Shown: piece after piece, positions 1-63,200 of the stretch
How positions within the stretch are numbered: the first letter of the stretch is position 1
Layout: each line of letters opens with the position of its first letter
Source of the DNA: Vicugna vicugna
Lineage: Eukaryota
NCBI GenBank assembly: GCA_013265495.1
Contig: MU058065.1
Location: 1,896,364 to 1,959,993, forward strand
Direction: 5' to 3'
Length of the DNA stretch: 63,630 bases
The notes under the pieces: model-generated
Told to the model about the DNA's origin: nothing
Seen by the model: the letters and a program-made list of their open reading frames with translations, nothing else
Databases searched by the model: none
Position numbers and translations under genes: made by a program

Positions 1-373
1 ATGGTTAGCATTTCTCAGCAATAAAGCACTTTTAAATGAAGATATGTACATTGTTTATTTAGACAGAATGCTGTTGCACACTTAATAAACTACAGTATAG
101 TGTAAAGATAACTTTAATATGCACTGGAAAATGAAAAAATTCATGTGACTCCCTTTTTTTTGTTTTTTATTTTGTTTTGTTTTCTGGAGGGGGAGGTAAT
201 TAGATTTATTTATTTATTATTGTTATTATTTTTAATAGAGATACTGAGGATTGAACCCAGGACCTTGTGCATGCTAAGCACACACTCTACCACTGAGCTA
301 TACCTCCCCTCCCCTTTATTTGCTTTATTTCAGTAGTTGGAACCAAACCCACAGTATCTTCAAGGTATGCCTC
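1..373 (+). mobile_element. Tigger1 (TcMar-Tigger) 3' end, interrupted by a SINE
   Basis: gcacacttaataaactacagtatagtgtaaa...tatgcactggaaa...gtgactc and gctttatt...ggaaccaaacccacagtatcttcaaggtatgcct resemble the Tigger1 terminus. Confidence 0.8.
152..312 (-). mobile_element. tRNA-derived SINE (camelid Vic-1-like)
   Basis: Reverse-strand A/B boxes (ctaccactgagcta; ggattgaaccc), the ggggaggtaattagatttatt motif and a T-rich tail; homologous to three other copies in the window. Confidence 0.85.
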
Positions 374-1689
374 TATTTTACAGCAGTGAAAAACTTCACT
401 TTTAAAATCATACAAAACCAATATAAATCATATTTAATCAGGGGAAACAGAGCTCACTCTGGAGTGGTACCAAGGCATCTCAGTGGAGCATTGCATGAAT
501 GCCAATGATCTACTCAACCCCAGCCATATTACAGGGAAGAGAACCAACAGACCATATAGGTTAAATAACTTGGTCAAAGTTCTGATTAGTAACTGCCCTG
601 AGCAACTGACTGATTGTTTTAGCTCCTGGATGAACATTAAAATTCTGCAGGTTTATAAGAGGTCGCACCTCTTAACATTATAGTGTCTCTGTGAAACTTT
701 TAAATGATTTTTTATTAGCACGTGTGTCATGTTATTCATGCCTCATTTTATGTTTTTAACATGATGTATATTTCAGTGTAAAATAATGCTAAATAAAAAC
801 ATCGTATTTTCAGAGATTTGTCTATTTTGGGATTAATTATTGTCCTGAGTCTTAAGACTTTTTAAGAAGGAAGTCCTTTTTAGTAGTCTGTGCCATCATT
901 AATTATATAGCTCAGTTCTGGTTTCAGTGAACTTTAGAATTAAAATCTTTATAACTCATTTTAGCTGATTTCTTTGTGTTACTTAGATATTTAATTAGGA
1001 TTGGCTGGCTGGGATTTTGCCCCAGGCATTTAAATTTAGAGGGTGAAAAAATTTTCATTAATGATTAAAAATAATTACAGGTGTGTTTTAGAGGGTGGGG
1101 GGATACTGTGTAGATTAGTAATATCCTTCAACTCTCCAACAGCCAAACAGTTGCTGGCCCAGGGTCAGCCTCCTTGTCCGTCCATGTGCTACGATCCTTG
1201 TAGCTCCCAGTCAGCCTTGTGCCTGCTGGCCTCTCCGTGTCATCCCCCTTTCCATCCATCTCTTCCTCCTTCCTTTGCCAGTGATTTGATTGATTTGAAG
1301 ATGTGTTTTTTGTAATTTGGACATTAATTTATCAGTGAATAGGTGTTACTACAGTGTTGAAAAATTAAGATTTTCTTTTGATTTAGTAATACACTTTGTT
1401 TTGCTAAGGGTGTAATAAAGAGGACGGGGAAAGCTATAGTCACAGAAATGGAGAGTGTCATATGCCAGTTTGAATTACTGCAGAGGACTTTGTAAAGTTG
1501 ATATGCTGTAAATAATGAACAGTTCTTCATTGTTTGTCATTCAGGTTGCTTTTGTGAATAAAAATTGTGGATTGTAGCTTATGTTTATAGTATAAGAATC
1601 ATGAAATAGACCCCAACTTGAGAATCGTAATTGCTGCAAGTTTTAAAATGTCAATATACAATAAAATTAGCCTTTTACTTTTATGCGCA

Positions 1690-2630
1690 GTTCTATCAAT
1701 TTTAGCCTGTTATAGATTCTTGTAACTGCTGTCATAATCAGAACGTCCTTCTCCCCAGAAAAATTCTGTCTTCCCTTTATAGTCACATACCCTCCCACCC
1801 TTAATACCTGACAGCTGCTGATCTGTTACCTGTCAGTATAGTTTTGTTTTCTCAAGAATGTTGTATAAATGGAATCATACAGTTTGTAGCCTTTTGAGAC
1901 TACTTTCATTCAGCATATTTTACCATTGAGCTAATCTGTTGTATGTATCAATAGTTGTTCCTTTTTATTGTTGAATGATAGTCTGTTGTATAAGTGTACC
2001 ATAGTTTGCTTATCCATTTACCTATTTATTTGTTGAAAGACCTTTGGGTTGTGTGTGGTTTCTTGTGATATGAATAAAGCTAGTATGAACATTTGTGTAT
2101 AGGTTTTTGTGTGAATGGAAGTTTTCATTTCTCTAGGATAAATCCTAGAAATAGGATTGCTGGGTCATATGGTAAGTGTATATTTTCAGAAGTACTATCA
2201 AACTTTTTTTGTGGGGCCATATACGTTTGCATTCTCACCAGCAATGTATGAGAGTTCTATTGCTTGGAATCTATGTCAGCACTTGATATTGTCAGTATGT
2301 TTTACTTTAGCCGTTCTAATGGGTGTGTGTAGTGGTATCTAATCATGATTTTAATTTGCATAACCTTAATGGCTAATGTATGTTGCACATCTTTTCATGT
2401 GCAAAATTGCCTTTGTGTATCATCTGTGGTAGAGTGTTCAAGGCTTTTTCCCATTTTTAAATTGTTTGCTTTCTTTACTGAGTTGTAAGGGTTTTTTGAT
2501 TTTTTGGTTTTATCCTGGATACAAGTTATTTGATATTTTCTCTTAGTCTATTTGTCTTTTTATTGCTTTAACAGTACCTGCAGAACAAAAGGTTTTAATT
2601 TTGATGGAGTCCAGTTTATCTTTTTTTTTT
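1690..2630 (-). mobile_element. Old L1 (L1M) 3' region
   Basis: aatggaatcatacag, ggattgctgggtcatatggtaag, ttctcaccagcaatgtatgagag and ttttaatttgcat motifs of antisense L1 ORF2 end/3' UTR. Confidence 0.8.
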
Positions 2631-2921
2631 CTTCTTCTTCTGTAGATCAGAAGTTAGGTTGGAAGTTGACTCTCAAATGACATTTTTTCTTACATTTCAT
2701 TCTAACATACCCTTTCTCTTTGAAACGTGGTGCTTTAGAAATGAAAAGATAGAGCAAGAAACTTTTGTCTTAAAGTAAGATTAATGTTGAATATTAATTG
2801 ATGGCTTAAAGAAATCAGACTCAACTACTTCAGGATTATTATTATAACTGTATAAAAACATTCATACTGAAGAACTTATGCAAAGAGAGGGAACAGAAAT
2901 AGGTAGTGTGGTTCTTTTAAG

Positions 2922-4190
2922 TCAGTAGTTTCCTAATACTGGCTGTGGTGTAAAAATCACCTGGGTAGCTTTAAAAAGAAAAACACTCAGATTCTCTTTC
3001 TTCAGGTCTTGAGTGGGTCCCCCAATTTTTTAAATAGACTTTATTTTTTCAGAGCAGTTTTAGATTCACAGAATTGAGCAGAAGGTACAGAGATTTCCCA
3101 TATGCCCCCTGACACATGTAGCCTCCCCAACTATAAATGTCTCATACCAGAGTGGTGTATTTGTCACAGTAATGAATCTGTGTTGACATATCATTATCAC
3201 CCGAAGTCCATAGTTGACTTAGGGGATCATTCTAGGTGTTTGTTGTATGTTCTATGGGTTACCAAATGTATAATGAAATACCACTGTAGTATCATACAGA
3301 GTATTTTCATTACCCTAAAAATCCTCTACTCTGCCTATTCATCTCTCTTTCCACCTTAACCCCTGGCAACCACTAATCTTTTTTACAATTTCTTTAGTTT
3401 TGCATTTTCCAGAATGTCATATAGTTGAAATCATATGGTATGTTGCCTTTTCAGATTGTCTTTCACTTGGTAATATGTACTTAAGTTTCCTCCATGTCTT
3501 TTCATGGCTTGATAGTGCATTTCTTTTTAGTGCCGAATGACATTCCATTATCTGGATGTACCACAGTTTGTTTATTCACACGCTGAAGGACATCTTGGTT
3601 GCTTCCAAGTTTTGGCAGTTATGAATAAAGCTGCTATAAACATCTGTGGGGTTTTATGTGGATATAAGTCATCAGCTCCTTTGGTATTTATACCAAGGAG
3701 CATAGTTCGCTGGATCACAGAGCACGTCTAGTTTTGTAAGAAATTGCCAGACTGTCTTCCAGAGTGGCTGTATCACTTTGCATTCCTACCAGCAATCATT
3801 GAGAGTGCCTTCATCTTCACCAGCAATTAGTGTTGTCATTGTTTTGGATTTTGGTCATTCTAATAGATGTGTAGCAATATCCCATTGTTATTTTAATTTG
3901 CAGTTCCTTACTAGTCAAGTGTTGAACATCTTTTTGTATGCTTTTTGCCATCTGGTATCTTTTTGGTAAGGTTTCCAGGTCTTTTGCCAGTTTTCTTAAT
4001 TGGGTTGTTTGTTTTCTTTTTATTGAATTTTATAAATTATTTATGCATTTTGGATAACAGTCCTTTATCAGATGTGTGTATGTTTTGTAAATTTTTTCTT
4101 CCAGTCTGTATCTTACCTTCTCATTCTCTTGCCTGAAATCCGTTGGTCTCCAAGTGATTCTAATTCTTTGCCAAGTTTGTGATCTACTCT
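2922..4190. mobile_element. MER5-like hAT element split by an antisense L1M (about 3025-4135)
   Basis: MER5-like halves (cagtagtttcc...aatcacctgggtagcttt; ccaagtgattcta...ccaagtttg) flank an L1 3' end (agagcagttttagattcacag...ggataacagtcctttatcagat). Confidence 0.7.
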
Positions 4191-6559
4191 TTTAAATTAG
4201 TCTGCATCTTGCTTTATTCTTTGCAAGGCTAGATGCCATGCATAGCCGTTAGTTTTCAATTACTCATTTAGCCTCTTTGTGACAGCTAGTCCATCCTGCT
4301 CTCAACCTCCGTGGCTTTGTTACTTGTTCTTCATCGTCTCACCCTTCAAATTCCAGTTCTTCATCTGGATAATCTTCATGTGGATTTTCCCAAGTAATGA
4401 TGCTGGTCATACTTGATCTGCAGGTCCCTATGGTTCTTGTACCACCTCTACATCAGAGTTCCTTCCTGTTTGCCTTTGATGGTGCAGAAACTAATGGTGG
4501 TTTTGTTAGATTGTGTGAGGTTAACACTGTTACCCACATGCATGCACATACAGAGCCTCCACTTTGTTTTTCAAATTTCCTGTATTATGTTAATTTGTAA
4601 AAATAAAGGTTAATAAGCCTTTTCACTTAATGTGTATTTTACTTTTCATGCCAATTTCCTTGTGAAAAGCATGTTTTAATGGTCGTAAAGGTTGAATTTT
4701 ATCTCATTCCTACCATTTTGTTGTGTGTGTTTGAACCAATATGCATTAACTTTACATATATCAGTACAAAAATATTTTTCTGAGGCAGTTTTAGAGGGAC
4801 GGTTTTTTGCTCAGAGTGACCTGAATAATTAAGAGAAGATTGCAGCAAGTATACCTAAGGGCTTTTAGTCATGTCTGTGTGTGCATATGTGTAATCATTC
4901 AGAAGTAAATATAACAAAATTAACTGTTTTAATAGCTGTTTTCTGCTAAGTAAAATTCACCGTGTTACTGATTTATCAGGGTAATTTTTTGAAGCATGAT
5001 GTAAATAAAGCAGTTTTATCATTTATGACACATTGAGCTAGTTGATTGTATTTTTATTGTTGAAAGACAGGTGTAACTATAGATGCTATTTAAATACTTC
5101 ATATATTTATTTTATTAAGTATTAGACCATTGATTTCAGAAAACATGCCTTATTTTATAACTTTTTAAATTAAACTGTTCAGTTTTTCATTCATCCAACA
5201 AATATACCAAGCACATTTTTGTGTTCCAAAATCAGGGTGACTTTAATACAGCTAACATATAACTTGATTTTATAACAAAGGGGATATATAGAAGTTCACT
5301 TAAGTCCTTACAGATGATTGATTTCTAGATATTCTGGTGTTTGAAACATATAATTTTGTTTTTATGTGGTGCAATTTCTCTAGTAATGTCATGATTTTAA
5401 TTTAATTGCTACTCAAAGTTTAGTGCTTCAGTGAAAGAATAGAAAGCTTGATGAATTTTGTAAATAGGAACATTTTCAGCTTGCTGTGGGTTTTTTTGTT
5501 TGTTAGTGTTAGCTACCTTGGGAATTTGCATCTGACAAGTGGTAGACTTAATGAGTTGAAATAAGTGATATATTACCACTTTGCGTGAAAGTATTTGTTT
5601 ACACAGTACTGTCAACTAACCGACATGGATGTTAAATCACTTTTGATACAGTCAGCATATTTATGGAGTAATTTCTGGGTGATGTATTTGAAGTCAAGGA
5701 GCTTAGTCTTGTGAACAAAAGATTAAATATATAATAAAATTCTAAATTATATGTATACGCTAGTGGCTTTCATACTGCATGTTTAGTAGAGTAGATTTAT
5801 TGTCCCATCACTAAAATCTCTTACTGACTTCTTTTCCTCTAATATATAAGAAAAAGTAAATTAGATACAGTTTTCTCCATTTCAGCTTACTCTCTCAGGT
5901 GTTGAGAATAATGTGTTATGTACCTTTTCTTTTAATCTTTGGCACTTCCAACAACTTGTTTAGTTCTAAGTCAAATGACATTTTGTTTACATGTGTTTAT
6001 AATTCAGATTTATAGATATCTGTATATCTCAACACACATGTTAAGTAATTTGTTTCTCAACACCATGACTTAAGATTCTCCCCAACCTGGAAAAGTTTAA
6101 TCACTACTACAGATTATCTGTGGTAAAGAATGTTTAAAGATAGAAGATGTCTGTTTAGGCTGGAGTTACTGAGAGTTGAGCTAGACCATGGAGGATTGGT
6201 TGGATTTGAATAACTGAATGGGTCGGCAGTATAGTCCCAAAGCATTGTAGGAACTTAGAGGACAAACACACTACTTTATGACAAAGCTAGACCCAGAGTC
6301 TAGATTCTGTTTCCTAGTCAAATAATCCTTCCATTGGACTGACAGCGTAGCAGGAAGAAGTAGTGGTCAGTCACCTTTTATTAGAGAAAGTGGCAATACG
6401 TGTGTGGACTATGGAAAGGAATTCCTGAATTCTTAACCAGATTTGCACTAGGAAGGCATTTCAGATTGAAAGGAACTTGATGTGCAAAGGCAGATATCCT
6501 GAAAGAGCTTACCCTGTTGGCAGTGGATCATGGTATTGGAGGCTGAGGATGAAATAAAG

Positions 6560-7330
6560 GGTCTTTTATATGCTAGGCACTGTTCTAGATATGGGAGGTA
6601 CATGTGGAAAAGACAGAATCCCTGCTTCCGAGGAGCTTACAATTTTAGTAGGAGAAACAATAAATATGTAAATATGTAATACACTAGTGATTAGGGAGTG
6701 ATGAAGTACTATGAGGAAAAATAAAGTGCAGGGTATGAGAGTAGAGAGAGGGGTTGTTTGAAATAGGTGGTCATGGAAGACCTCTTTGTGGAGGTGCAGC
6801 TGGATCAGAAAAAGCCAGGGAGTGAACTGTGTGAATCAGGGCAGAGGAGACTCTCAGCAGAGCACGTTTGCTCTGTGCAGCTCTGTGGTAGCTGGAGTGC
6901 AGTAAGTCGCTAGTTAATGCTCACTGTGTTTTCCTCGTGCCAGGCACGTGCTGTTACTAGTGTTAGTTCAATCCTTGAGACAATCCTGCAAAATAGATAC
7001 TAACTATTTCAAACATAAGGAAACTGAAGCACAAAGATTAATTTACCCAAGGTCACACAGCTAGTCAGGGATCTGGGATCTGAGCCCAGGTAATTTGACT
7101 GCAAAATCAGTGTTTTTGACCATTCTTCCAAGGTGGAAGAGGGGAGATGTAGGGAATTTAATTGAAGCAGTAACCTGGGGCCAGTTCTCTGGGGCCTTTT
7201 AGTTCCTTTGTAAGTATTTAGGACTTTATGCTAACTGTGAGGTTTAGTCATTGGAGGGTTGAGAAATGCCCAGGAGGTTGCTTTATGATTCTGAAGGTCA
7301 AGGGACGGGTCTGGACTGTACAAAACACAT
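6560..7330. mobile_element. L2 fragments with a nested MIR (about 6905-7125)
   Basis: tgctaggcactgttctag...cctgcttccgaggagcttaca (L2); aaggaaactgaagcac...cccaaggtcacacagctagt (MIR core). Confidence 0.7.
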
Positions 7331-7518
7331 TTGTTAATTATCTATATACATAGGTTATATTATAGCTTAAAATATTTCTACTGGCCTGTAACATGTTTCT
7401 TTGATTTAAAATTGAAGATTCCACTTCATTATTTTGTTGAACAGATTTGTGCATGTATACGTATGAGTGCACGTGCGTGTGTGTATAAACAAACTGTAAT
7501 GAACTCTTCTGTTAATAG

Positions 7519-56691
<49,173 letters not shown>

Positions 56692-56974
56692 AATGCGTTC
56701 AGAAATTTGATTTATTATCGAACTGTACTCTTCGCATGGACTGGGAAGTTCTTTTAAATCATTAAATATTAAGACGACCATCTCTTCTATTAAATTACAG
56801 TACATGTTCTAGACCATTCAGATCAAGCCTTTACTCCCTTTGAGAGTTTTCAACATCAGTTGATTGAGCTTCAGGCTTTACAACGTTTATCCCTGTAGAG
56901 ATCATCTTTACAGTTCCTCGGGAAAATGTGAATGTGCCGCGTTTTGTTTTCAATACTGTATGAAAACAGTTAAA

Positions 56975-57015
56975 AATAAAACAAAAATTTAGAAACTACA
57001 GCTTATTAAAATAAA
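56975..57015 (+). terminator. Proximal polyadenylation signal cluster
   Basis: AATAAA at 56975-56980, ATTAAA at 57005-57010 and AATAAA at 57010-57015; upstream TGTA and a downstream GT/T-rich tract (cagtgttcatgtaaatgtgttttgtagtgttg). Confidence 0.7.
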
Positions 57016-59327
57016 ATTGTTGGATTTCATTTCCCCAGGTCTTCAGTGTTCATGTAAATGTGTTTTGTAGTGTTGCTTAGCACTTTGCGCATTGTATAAG
57101 TTGGGTAACAAAAATGGTAAAAGAAATGACACAGTTCCCAGTTACCTTGCTCTGCTTAAGGCATTTCTTTATCTCGTCTTGTTTAATTTAAAGGTTTGAT
57201 AAATACACAGAGACCCAAGCGTACAATCTGAGCATGCTTTATTCTACCACTTGCACTTACTAATCTAATAACCTTATGACCAGGAACCTTTGTTTTGGAC
57301 TCGGTACACACCCCAATTTGATTTTTCCCTGCTGTAATTTGAGATTTCCCAAATTCTTAAAATGATTAGGTTTTGTTCTGCATTATCTCTAGAGAAAGAA
57401 AATATTTTAGTATGTATAAAGTGTACAATGATTTTTTGCTGTTGTACTCACTGCTAATAGTGGATTGTATAGGGCAGTGTTTTTATTTCATTTATTGTAG
57501 AAAAATAAATGAATTTAGTATACACATATTCACTAATTCAAGTATGTCAGAGCACAAAGTTGGCAGCTGGTTGTATTTAATTCAGCCCCTTTGAAAAGCA
57601 CATAGTCTACAATTTGTTTCTAAATATCTTAGGTTCCCCCTCTCTTAAATATATATTTTGGTGAAGCTGGGGTGCACTGTTAATTTTCTGTTTCAAAATG
57701 CATTCTAAAGATGCAATAAATATGGTTACCTTGATATTTTTAATAAGATCTTCAGTTCTTGCAGCTGTGTTTTGGAAAGTGATTAAGCAATATTTTTCAA
57801 ACCTGATGATTCTTGGATATTTAGCTGTTTGTCCTCCAAAGAGTCATCATTTCATGTTTTCAAAGATGTGCTTTGTGCTGAAGATTCATGTCAGTTATCC
57901 TGTGCTTCCAACTTTCACCAATATTTTTTACCTGATTGATCTGCCAAGGATTATAGTTTGCTTTATTTTAACTCCAGAGTATTTTTATCTTCAATTTTAT
58001 TTAATTTTGTTTAATTTTGTTTTCGTAAGACAATGTTTCAGATATGTAATTGGGGCAAACCACTATAGATTTCTGTTGATAGAAAAATTCAATGTTACTA
58101 ATAAGTTCAAGTAACAAATTGACCCTTGGTTGACTATGATACTGTTGATACATTTATTAGAATGTATGTCTCAGAAGATGGTATCTGTTTAAATTTATGG
58201 TCACGTTACGACTGAATTCTAATATGGATTAAAAACTCCACATAAATATTTTTCCCCATGCGTCTTGGGTTATAATTTTCCTTTAAGACTTGCAAATATG
58301 CTCTTACTGCATTTAATTTTGTCTCCATTTGTACTGTAGAATTGTAAGCCTTATGCTCTTAATCTCTACATTTTCCGCTTTTCCAGAATGCAGTTAAGAT
58401 ACAGATGAAAACTATCATAAACATGATTCTCAGGATACTTTCATCATACTTGAGCGATAGGTCAGGTGTAACATGAAGGGTTTCCCTTTCTGATCTTTAC
58501 ATAGTTGGAATTTCTGTAATTACAGGGTGTTTATCTACAGGAAAATATTGGTATTTCAGGTTTCAGAAATTTTTTATTGGTCTCAATTCACAATTAAATG
58601 ATATATATAACACTTTGGGAAACAGAGCATTCAGATTGTCAAGTTAATAAATATGAAAGATGTAAAAACTTTCATTTGAAATCTAAATGAGACATTAAAA
58701 CAAAAGTTTCAGTGCTGATTTGAACTATTAAAAATCAGTAAAGTTAAATTTATGACATTGTCTCAAGTCTGGGTGTACAAATCAAATCTAGAATTTAAAG
58801 ACAAACTTGTTAGTTTTGGAGTACAGGTTTGATATTTGTGCTTCTAAATGCTTATAAATATATGGAAACATTTCTGAATTGCAATTGAGTTAAATGGCAG
58901 AAAATGATGCTGCATTGAAAAACAACCAGGTCACTTAAACATTTTATATGTGTTTTAGTGCATTAGTATTATTTTAGCTCATCAAGCTCATAATGATACA
59001 TTTGACATTGCCTTCTTTTCAGCAAGAGATCATTCATGCTCTTTTTCTTTGTTTTTTAATGTCTTAATTTCAAAGAATAATGAGTCCTAACCATTCATTT
59101 AATCCTGTTGATGTGAACAGATTTTGGTGACTTGAAGAATTTTAAGGAAGATGGACACATAGTTTTCCAACTGCACAAATTATGTACTTTTTGTTCACTT
59201 GTTAAAATGTAATCCTCTGCTACCATTTTTGAATCCAGGACAGTGTTTATTTTGAATTGTTATATATATAGTTATACTATTTAAAGATTGAAAATTCATT
59301 GCAATTAGGGAACACACAGCCTCACAA

Positions 59328-59333
59328 AATAAA
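59328..59333 (+). terminator. Candidate distal polyadenylation signal
   Basis: AATAAA followed by ctgtggttgtgattgt. Other AATAAA at 57504, 57715, 58646 and 60940 are alternative candidates. Confidence 0.45.
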
Positions 59334-60009
59334 CTGTGGTTGTGATTGTAAGGATTCTTTATGTCAATGAATTTTAAAAGGGGATGGGGAAGGGATGCAT
59401 GTCTCTAAAGGGTATGTTAGAACCGCCTGTGTAGCACTGTAGGCATAGACACGTGCCACTCCCAGCCCTCAAGATGCTGGTAGGCTTTCTAGGTAAAAAT
59501 CCTGTCCTAATGAAGCACTGTTGCTGTTCCATTCCCCCAGTGTGTGTGTTGGATAGCAAGAAAGGCTTAGGGGACAACCAGTGATCTTAAGGTTATGCCT
59601 GCATCCCTAGGAGGCTAGTACATTGGTATCATCTCAGGCTTCTAAATACTCAGTTCCTAAATTTGGAAAGTAATTTTAGTATGTTAAATCCAGATTACGT
59701 CTGGGTTTTGTTTATAGTGTTAAGTACTCGTTCTGAGTATTTTGAATATTAACAGGGTTTTATCTTTGCCTGCCTACTATAACTTCAGACTCAACTTTTA
59801 TAGCCTTATTTTTCACGTGGTTGGTATCTGATGTACACTATTAGGTTGTCTCAGTCTGGGGAGGAAAGCTGTCACATCAAAACTGTAGATCGCGTATTCT
59901 ATATGGTACATACAGTCAATGAGTTCTGTCCTGTGTTGATAAGAATGCTAAAACATTTCAAGTTAGCAAATATAAGTCATTTCTATTCCCCAAAGCAGAA
60001 ACAATTAGA

Positions 60010-60220
60010 AATGTTAAATAGTAATGACAAATTATTATTACTATCTGCCAGACACCGTTCTGAGTGCTTTATGTGGGTTAGTTAATTTAGTCATCACGTG
60101 GGGTCTGAGATGAGAACTGTTGTTAGACCAGCGTTGCCCAAGTTACTAGTAGGAAATGGCAGAACCAGGAGTTGGACCTGAGTTTGATCCTGTGTGTGGC
60201 TCCTGTGCTTACCTTCCATG
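60010..60220 (-). mobile_element. MIR
   Basis: tgccagacaccgttctgagtgctttatgtg...ttgcccaag...aaatggcagaaccagga. Confidence 0.65.
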
Positions 60221-63200
60221 TTGCAAATTGACATCATTTTCTGTTGATGAAGTTACCATTTTGCTTTCTACCTCATTCATGTGAAGGAAAGTTATGGCAA
60301 GCTAAAGATAACCCACGAAGCATCTCAATATGGAACTTAAGATATTTTTATTGTCTTTATATTATTTGCTGATAGTTTTTAGTAAGTAGAGAAACAGGGC
60401 AGATAATGGCAACTATTCTGGAATCTTAGTGAATTTTTACATACTTCAGTGGGTAACATGAATAGATATGTTTTATGTAAATTAAAATCTTGAATTGAAA
60501 AAAAAATTCTACTTATTACTTGCCTTTCCTATACCACATCATTTATTTAGCCAAAAGTAAGAGGAGACATAAGAATGACAGTTTAATAAGTAAGGATGCA
60601 GAGATTGGTCATGAAGCTAACTCTCAGGAAGCATGAATAGCTTGAAAGCCCATTCATTTAATAGTTTTAGAAATAGCAAATTTGTCTGTAACTGGGCCAT
60701 TGAAGTGATTTGACCCTCCCTGTCAGGGTCCTGTTGAACCTCCAGTGAGCCACACCAAAATAACCGCATGCGAGGAGCTCAGAGGAACCTTAACGTACTT
60801 TTTAGTGCAATGAAGTTGAATTTCAGTAGTCAGGTGAAGCATAACTCAAATAATACATAAAACTTAAGGATTTTTTTTTTGCAGTGTGGGAAAATTAAAA
60901 TTCTAAGTCTTAAAATTCTTTCTGCAGTTGTGATTTTTGAATAAATGCCTCAGCACAATGTCTGGCGTGTGGGTGTAAGCACTCAGTAAATTTCAAATGA
61001 ATGTGCTTAATGATTCAAGTGTCTTGGAAGAAAGTCTGAAAAGAATTGAACTTCATGAAATTTGTACTGCATTGTTGAGGGTATGACTACTATTCATGGT
61101 GTAAGGGTTATAATTTTTTACTTTTATAAATGGAAATCACTTGCTGTTTGGTTTTCAACTAGACAAAAAGTGGAAAATGTAGACTCAACTGCTGGGTTGT
61201 TCCAGGTGATACTAAATGCTGATGTTAAAGCCCTCTTGACTCACAACATCTTATGGAAAAGATTCAGACCAATGATAAAAAGAAACTCACCCACGAGCCC
61301 ACTTACAGTTAACAGGATGCAAGAATTTGGGCCCAAGTCTCTGATCCCAAAACCTGTGCTGCTAATAAGCTGCTAGTATGTCCCAGTAACTCGCTTCGGG
61401 AGACACTGGACAGAAATTTATGAACTGAATTTAGATCTTTTGGAAGTTGATTTTCTTAGTGAGTATTTTGGGGAAAGATGGCGCTGACTTTTTTAGAAAG
61501 TGTTCCTTGGGGAATTTGATGTTAGGAGGTTGTACAGATTCTACACGAGAAAAATTGGCAATACGGCTTTACATATCAGTGTGTGTGGTGTATGCGCATT
61601 ATTTTTCTTAAAAGTTTATAGGACTGATGTCAGATGTCAGTATCTGTAGAATTAATTTTATTTCCTACACGATGCTGTCTTCCGTATTACGAAAAAATTA
61701 CCACTAGGCTGATTTTTTTTTTTTTATGGAATGGAGTTGTAAGCTGAAAGAGACAGAAAACTTACCTAAAGGGCATGGAATCAAGTGAGGAAAATGATAA
61801 AAATCTGCATTTTGTTCCAGAGTAGCCCTAGCAAGAGGCAACTGGTGTGTGTCACTATAAAACAGTCAGATTCTGTCAAAACTGATACAAAAAGTCTGTG
61901 CATAGTATGTTCATAGTATCAGTTTTAAAAAATTCCCCCTCAGGTTTGCCTGTGAAGGTGTTTTGCAGTACTCCTAAGAAAAGCATTCTTACTATTTTTT
62001 GACCAAAATTGGTATTATCCAAGTTTGTAATAAGGCATCTGTATTAACCAAACTGACTTAAGCTGATGAAAAATAATGCAGTCAATTCTCAAAGAAGTGA
62101 AGGGTTGCAGTAGCTTTTAAAAGCTATTCCAAAAGAGGGGTGACAAGAGATTTGGTGTTTAAAGGCTTAGCAGCGACCAGCATTTCCTAGGGAAGCTTGA
62201 AAACAACAGAAACTGCCCCTTGTAAGTTACGATTTCAGTAGGTCAGAGGTGACTCTTTTGTGCAGCTAAATTTAAGAACCATTGTTTTAGATTTTATGTG
62301 TTACAATGAAGCATATAAATGCCCAGTTTTACTGACTAGTAGAAGAGAACATCCATTTGATGCGTATGTGAGCTGTGAGATTTCCTTACACGTCTTGCAT
62401 GCAGTTATGAAGCCTCCACAGGTTATGGTAACACGTTGGCCAAGTCGAGAGGTTTGATTGCCAGGTGGCCGTCTATCCTATTAATGTGACTTGAGATTGC
62501 AACGGAAAAGAGTGACTCAAGGAAAAAAGTGCCCACTGAACTGATTTGGGTTTTTTTCTCCCATAAGAACCATGGTTGTGAATCAATTTAGTGAGATTTG
62601 GGTGACAAAAGTGGTATGTTTGTGTTGCCAGCCTTGTAAGATCATAAACAAGTGTAAACCATAGTTTTGACTATTAATCAGTGTAATCCAAATGGTGCAG
62701 TGTTTCTAGGGAGAGCAGTCTTTGGTTTGCTGATCATCCACTTAATCTGACATGAGGTAACTCCCTTAAGAACAGGATACTCCTAACTCCCTAACACTCA
62801 AACCTGACTTCTGGATTATTTCTCAGTGATGAACTTGCATAGAATCATCTATATTCTCTTGTACTAAAGCAAATTTTTTTTTTATCCTTGGAAACAAATT
62901 GAGACTCATAAAAATAGCTCCCTCATTAGACTGATGCATAGATTGGGATCTAAATGTGTAAGGAAACCCACGAACTCCTTGACAGACAAATTAACAATTC
63001 TCAAGATTAGTGAAGCAGGGAGGGCCTTCCAGCCTGTATTTCGGCCCCTGCAAGTGCGCTTCGGAGATTTCTCGCTAATTATTGCTGTTCTCAAGACTCT
63101 GGCCACAGTAATAGCTGCTTCAACCTGAGTATGGATACACGGCCTATTAATGTTTATTTATCCTTATAATGTTTACTTTTCCATTGGCCTCAACTGTAAA

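Larger units (their letters stand above)
56692..59360 (+). other. CUL3: CUL3 3' UTR (3' end uncertain; may extend to about 60960)
   Basis: AT-rich, apparently repeat-free sequence directly after the stop codon, with multiple AATAAA hexamers. Confidence 0.7.

Noticed and set aside
57698..58114. 138-aa ORF in the 3' UTR
   Set aside because: F/I/L-rich composition typical of T-rich non-coding DNA; no recognisable domain
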